21,589 bases of DNA from Elusimicrobiota bacterium (GTDB lineage Bacteria; Elusimicrobiota; Elusimicrobia; UBA1565): assembly GCA_043827405.1 (NCBI GenBank), contig JBDRPD010000038.1, positions 1 through 21,589 on the forward strand, read 5' to 3'. Position 1 is the first letter of the stretch. Every line of letters begins with the position of its first letter. Both the position numbers and the translations under genes were made by a program. Below are positions 19,142 through 21,589 of this stretch, one piece after another. The notes below the pieces were generated by a model. It searched no databases and was not told the origin of the DNA. It saw nothing but the letters and a program-made list of their open reading frames with translations.

Positions 19142-19625
19142 TATCTTCCTGATCGGCTTCATGGCGGCCGGCAAAACCGCCGTCGGCCGCGCCCTCGCCG
19201 AGCGGCTCAAGCGGCCGTTTATCGACGCCGACCGCGAGATCGAGAAGGCGGCGGGGCTTTCTGTTGCGCGCATCTTCGCGCGGCACGGCGAGAAGCGCTT
19301 TCGCGCCCTGGAGCGCCGCGTAATAAACAAGATCGCGCGGCAAAGGGGCCTCGTCGTCGCTGTGGGAGGCGGAGCGGTTCTGCGCCGGAGCGGCACGGTC
19401 GTCTATCTGCAAGCGCCGTTCGAGACTTTGTGGCGGCGCGGCAGCAAAGAACGCGCCAAACGTCCGCTGTGGAACGACCGGCGGAGCCTGCTGCGTCTAT
19501 TGCAGTCGCGGCGGCCGCGCTATCGCCGGGCGGCGCATCTCACCGTGCGCGCCGGCGCCGGCACTCCCGGCACGATCGCGGCCCGCATATGCCGTCGTAC
19601 CGGCTTCAGCCCGCGTCGCGGCTGA
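19122..19625 (+). CDS. aroK: Shikimate kinase
   Basis: P-loop GFMAAGKT, DAD, IF..GE..FRALE, GGG, RPL lid motif, R..Y. Last gene of the aro block. Confidence 0.92.
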   Translation: MPRRAANIFLIGFMAAGKTAVGRALAERLKRPFIDADREIEKAAGLSVARIFARHGEKRFRALERRVINKIARQRGLVVAVGGGAVLRRSGTVVYLQAPFETLWRRGSKERAKRPLWNDRRSLLRLLQSRRPRYRRAAHLTVRAGAGTPGTIAARICRRTGFSPRRG

Positions 19626-21237
19626 GCAGCTCCACGGCCTTATCCAACACCTTGTCCTGCACCGGATTGGCGACCGTGCCGCCGTAGAGCTTGCGCATGA
19701 TCTGCTTGGCGACCGCACGCTCTTCGTCCTCGGTCACCGAAACCGCGACATTGGGAATCACCCCGCCGGTGCCCGGCAGAATCGCGCCGGTCTCCGGATC
19801 GCGCTTACCGTCGATCCAGTCGCCGCTGGGCCCATGCCAGCGCTCGGAGGTCACCTTGCCGATGCGTCCGGTCGGGATCTGCGCCTGCTGTACGCCCTGC
19901 GGCGTCGGGATCAGCAGGTCCTGCACGCCGGGGAGCACCGACTGCGCGACCCCCTTGCCGTAGGTGCGCGAGCCGACCACATAGCCGCGCTTGAGATCTT
20001 TGAAGGCCAGGGCGATGATCTCGCTGGCCGAAGCCGAGTGTCCGTTGACCAATAGCGCCAGCTGCATGTCCTTGAACTTGCCGTCGCCGTCGGTCCTGAA
20101 GGTCGAGGCGATCCGGCCTTGGCGGCGGAAGGTCAAAATCTCCTGCTTGTCGAGCAGAAATTCGGACACGATCTCGGCGACCGCGCCGACATTGCCGCCC
20201 GGATTGGCGCGCACATCGAGAACCACCTTGGTCACGCCCTGCCCCTTGAGAGCGGCGACCGCTCCCAGCACCTCCGCGTCGGAGTTGTCGGAGAATTGGC
20301 TCCAGTAGACGTAGCCGACCCCGTTGCCCAAATTCTCCGAGTACATATTGGGCCGCTTGATCACGCCGCGCGTCACGACGACATCCGGGATCTTGGCGCC
20401 GCCGCGTTCGATCGAAAGCGTCACCGGGGTGCCCGTCTTGCCGACCATCCGCTCCACGACCTCATTGGTCGTCTTGCCCGCCATATCGACGCCGTTGATC
20501 GCGGTGACGACGTCGCCGTCCTTAAGCCCCGCCTTTTCGGCCGGGGAATCGGGGAAAATCAGGTCCAGCTTGACGCCCTTCGGGTCCTCGGCCACCTGCG
20601 CGCCGATACCGGAGTAGCCCCCGCCCGACATCGACTTCAGCATCGCCGCCGATTCCATCGGGTTCATGAACACCGAGAATGGGTCCTTTAAGGAAGCGTA
20701 GGCTTCCTTGAGCATATTGTCGACCACTTCGGGCCAGTTGGCTTTCGCCGGCGCATCGGTCTTCTTGGCGCTCGCGAGCATACTGTCGACCACCGTATTC
20801 CACTGCTCGCCGGTGATGCCGTCGACCGACATCTTGTCGAGCTGCACGAGCCGCGAGCCGAGCCGCTGCAGCTCGGAAGGATGCATGCCCGCGCCGAGCT
20901 GCTTCACGTATTCCTCGCCGAGGGCGTCATTTTGCAGCTCGCGGATGCCGCCGATCAGCTTCTTGAAGTGCTCCTGGTTGATATTCGGGGGCTGGCCGCC
21001 GTCATCCTCCTGGCCCGCCGGACCCATTTCCCGCGTGAACTTCGCGGGGACGACCCGGGCGCCCTGAAAGACCGGGACGGCGGGGGCGCCGGAAATACGG
21101 TCCATGGAAACGCCGCTGCCGCGCAGGGTCTTGATGTCCCCAAGCTTCAGCGAGAGCGGCCCGGCGAACGCCGGTGCGCAGCTGAGAGTGACGGCGAGGG
21201 CCGCCGCGAAGAGTCTATTGATTAGGGTCATTTTCAT
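19606..21237 (-). CDS. S41 family C-terminal processing protease (PDZ + tail-specific protease) with signal peptide
   Basis: Signal peptide ending AFA, LKDPFS, PDZ domain (YSGIGA..SPAEKAGLKDGD), DVRANPGG, catalytic SASASE and TYGKG. Start may be ATG 21231, which has a better-spaced GAGGA. Confidence 0.92.
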   Translation of the reverse strand: MKMTLINRLFAAALAVTLSCAPAFAGPLSLKLGDIKTLRGSGVSMDRISGAPAVPVFQGARVVPAKFTREMGPAGQEDDGGQPPNINQEHFKKLIGGIRELQNDALGEEYVKQLGAGMHPSELQRLGSRLVQLDKMSVDGITGEQWNTVVDSMLASAKKTDAPAKANWPEVVDNMLKEAYASLKDPFSVFMNPMESAAMLKSMSGGGYSGIGAQVAEDPKGVKLDLIFPDSPAEKAGLKDGDVVTAINGVDMAGKTTNEVVERMVGKTGTPVTLSIERGGAKIPDVVVTRGVIKRPNMYSENLGNGVGYVYWSQFSDNSDAEVLGAVAALKGQGVTKVVLDVRANPGGNVGAVAEIVSEFLLDKQEILTFRRQGRIASTFRTDGDGKFKDMQLALLVNGHSASASEIIALAFKDLKRGYVVGSRTYGKGVAQSVLPGVQDLLIPTPQGVQQAQIPTGRIGKVTSERWHGPSGDWIDGKRDPETGAILPGTGGVIPNVAVSVTEDEERAVAKQIMRKLYGGTVANPVQDKVLDKAVELLSRDAG

Positions 21238-21310
21238 TCCTCGATATCCGGTCTACTTCAAGGATAGATGACAATGGCAAGGTCAACATGGGCCAATAAG
21301 GCAGATTTTA

Positions 21311-21326
21311 TGGGCCAGATGGCCCA
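21311..21326. promoter_or_regulatory. Palindromic candidate operator TGGGCCA-GA-TGGCCCA upstream of the S41 protease
   Basis: Perfect 7-bp inverted arms with a 2-bp spacer, plus an extra TGGGCCA half-site at 21289-21295. Confidence 0.4.
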
Positions 21327-21589
21327 GAAGAGGCGGTTCGCTAAAAACGCCGGACAGGAAGTCCGCGTTCCCACCGCGAACACCCGCGCTTGCCGCCGGA
21401 ACATAGCGACAGGGACATGGCGACCCATCGCCCGGTGACATTTTAGATGGCCAATAGGAAGCTGCTTGTGAAAAACGGCGCTTCCTTTCTCAAATTCGCA
21501 CTCTTGACGGATCATCGACGGTCTTCCATCCTGTAGAGAGGTTAACCTGCGCGGCGGGAATGCGCCGGGGGCGGGGAGAAGTCGGCGGA

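Noticed and set aside
21258..21515. 85-aa minus-strand ORF upstream of the S41 protease
   Set aside because: No motif or clear RBS, and atypical composition. The region looks like regulatory intergenic DNA.
21539..21589. AGGTTAACCT palindrome and a possible 3' end of an upstream minus-strand gene (TAA at 21542-21544)
   Set aside because: Too short and cut by the window edge to support a call.

Overview
GC-rich bacterial chromosomal window, almost entirely coding, with four blocks. (1) 42-2467 (-): a sigma54-dependent REC-AAA+ activator with no C-terminal HTH, coupled to a PLP class I/II (DapL-like) aminotransferase. (2) 2514-5335 (+): a divergent sigma54-type promoter ahead of a secreted VIT-vWA protein with a GlyGly-CTERM tail and an adjacent rhombosortase, i.e. 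a dedicated surface-sorting cassette that looks clipped at both ends. (3) 5092-8196 (-): a cytoplasmic PAS-PAS hybrid histidine kinase with a histone-H1-like basic N-tail, abutting a stand-alone squalene/phytoene synthase. (4) 8342-19625 (+): a gap-free 12-gene trpEGDCFBA-aroF-aroA-aroE-aroC-aroK supraoperon that lacks aroB and aroD/Q and has no visible attenuator, followed by a convergent S41 C-terminal protease (19606-21237, -). I saw no RNA genes, CRISPR arrays or mobile elements. All calls come from reading motifs by eye; no database searches were run.
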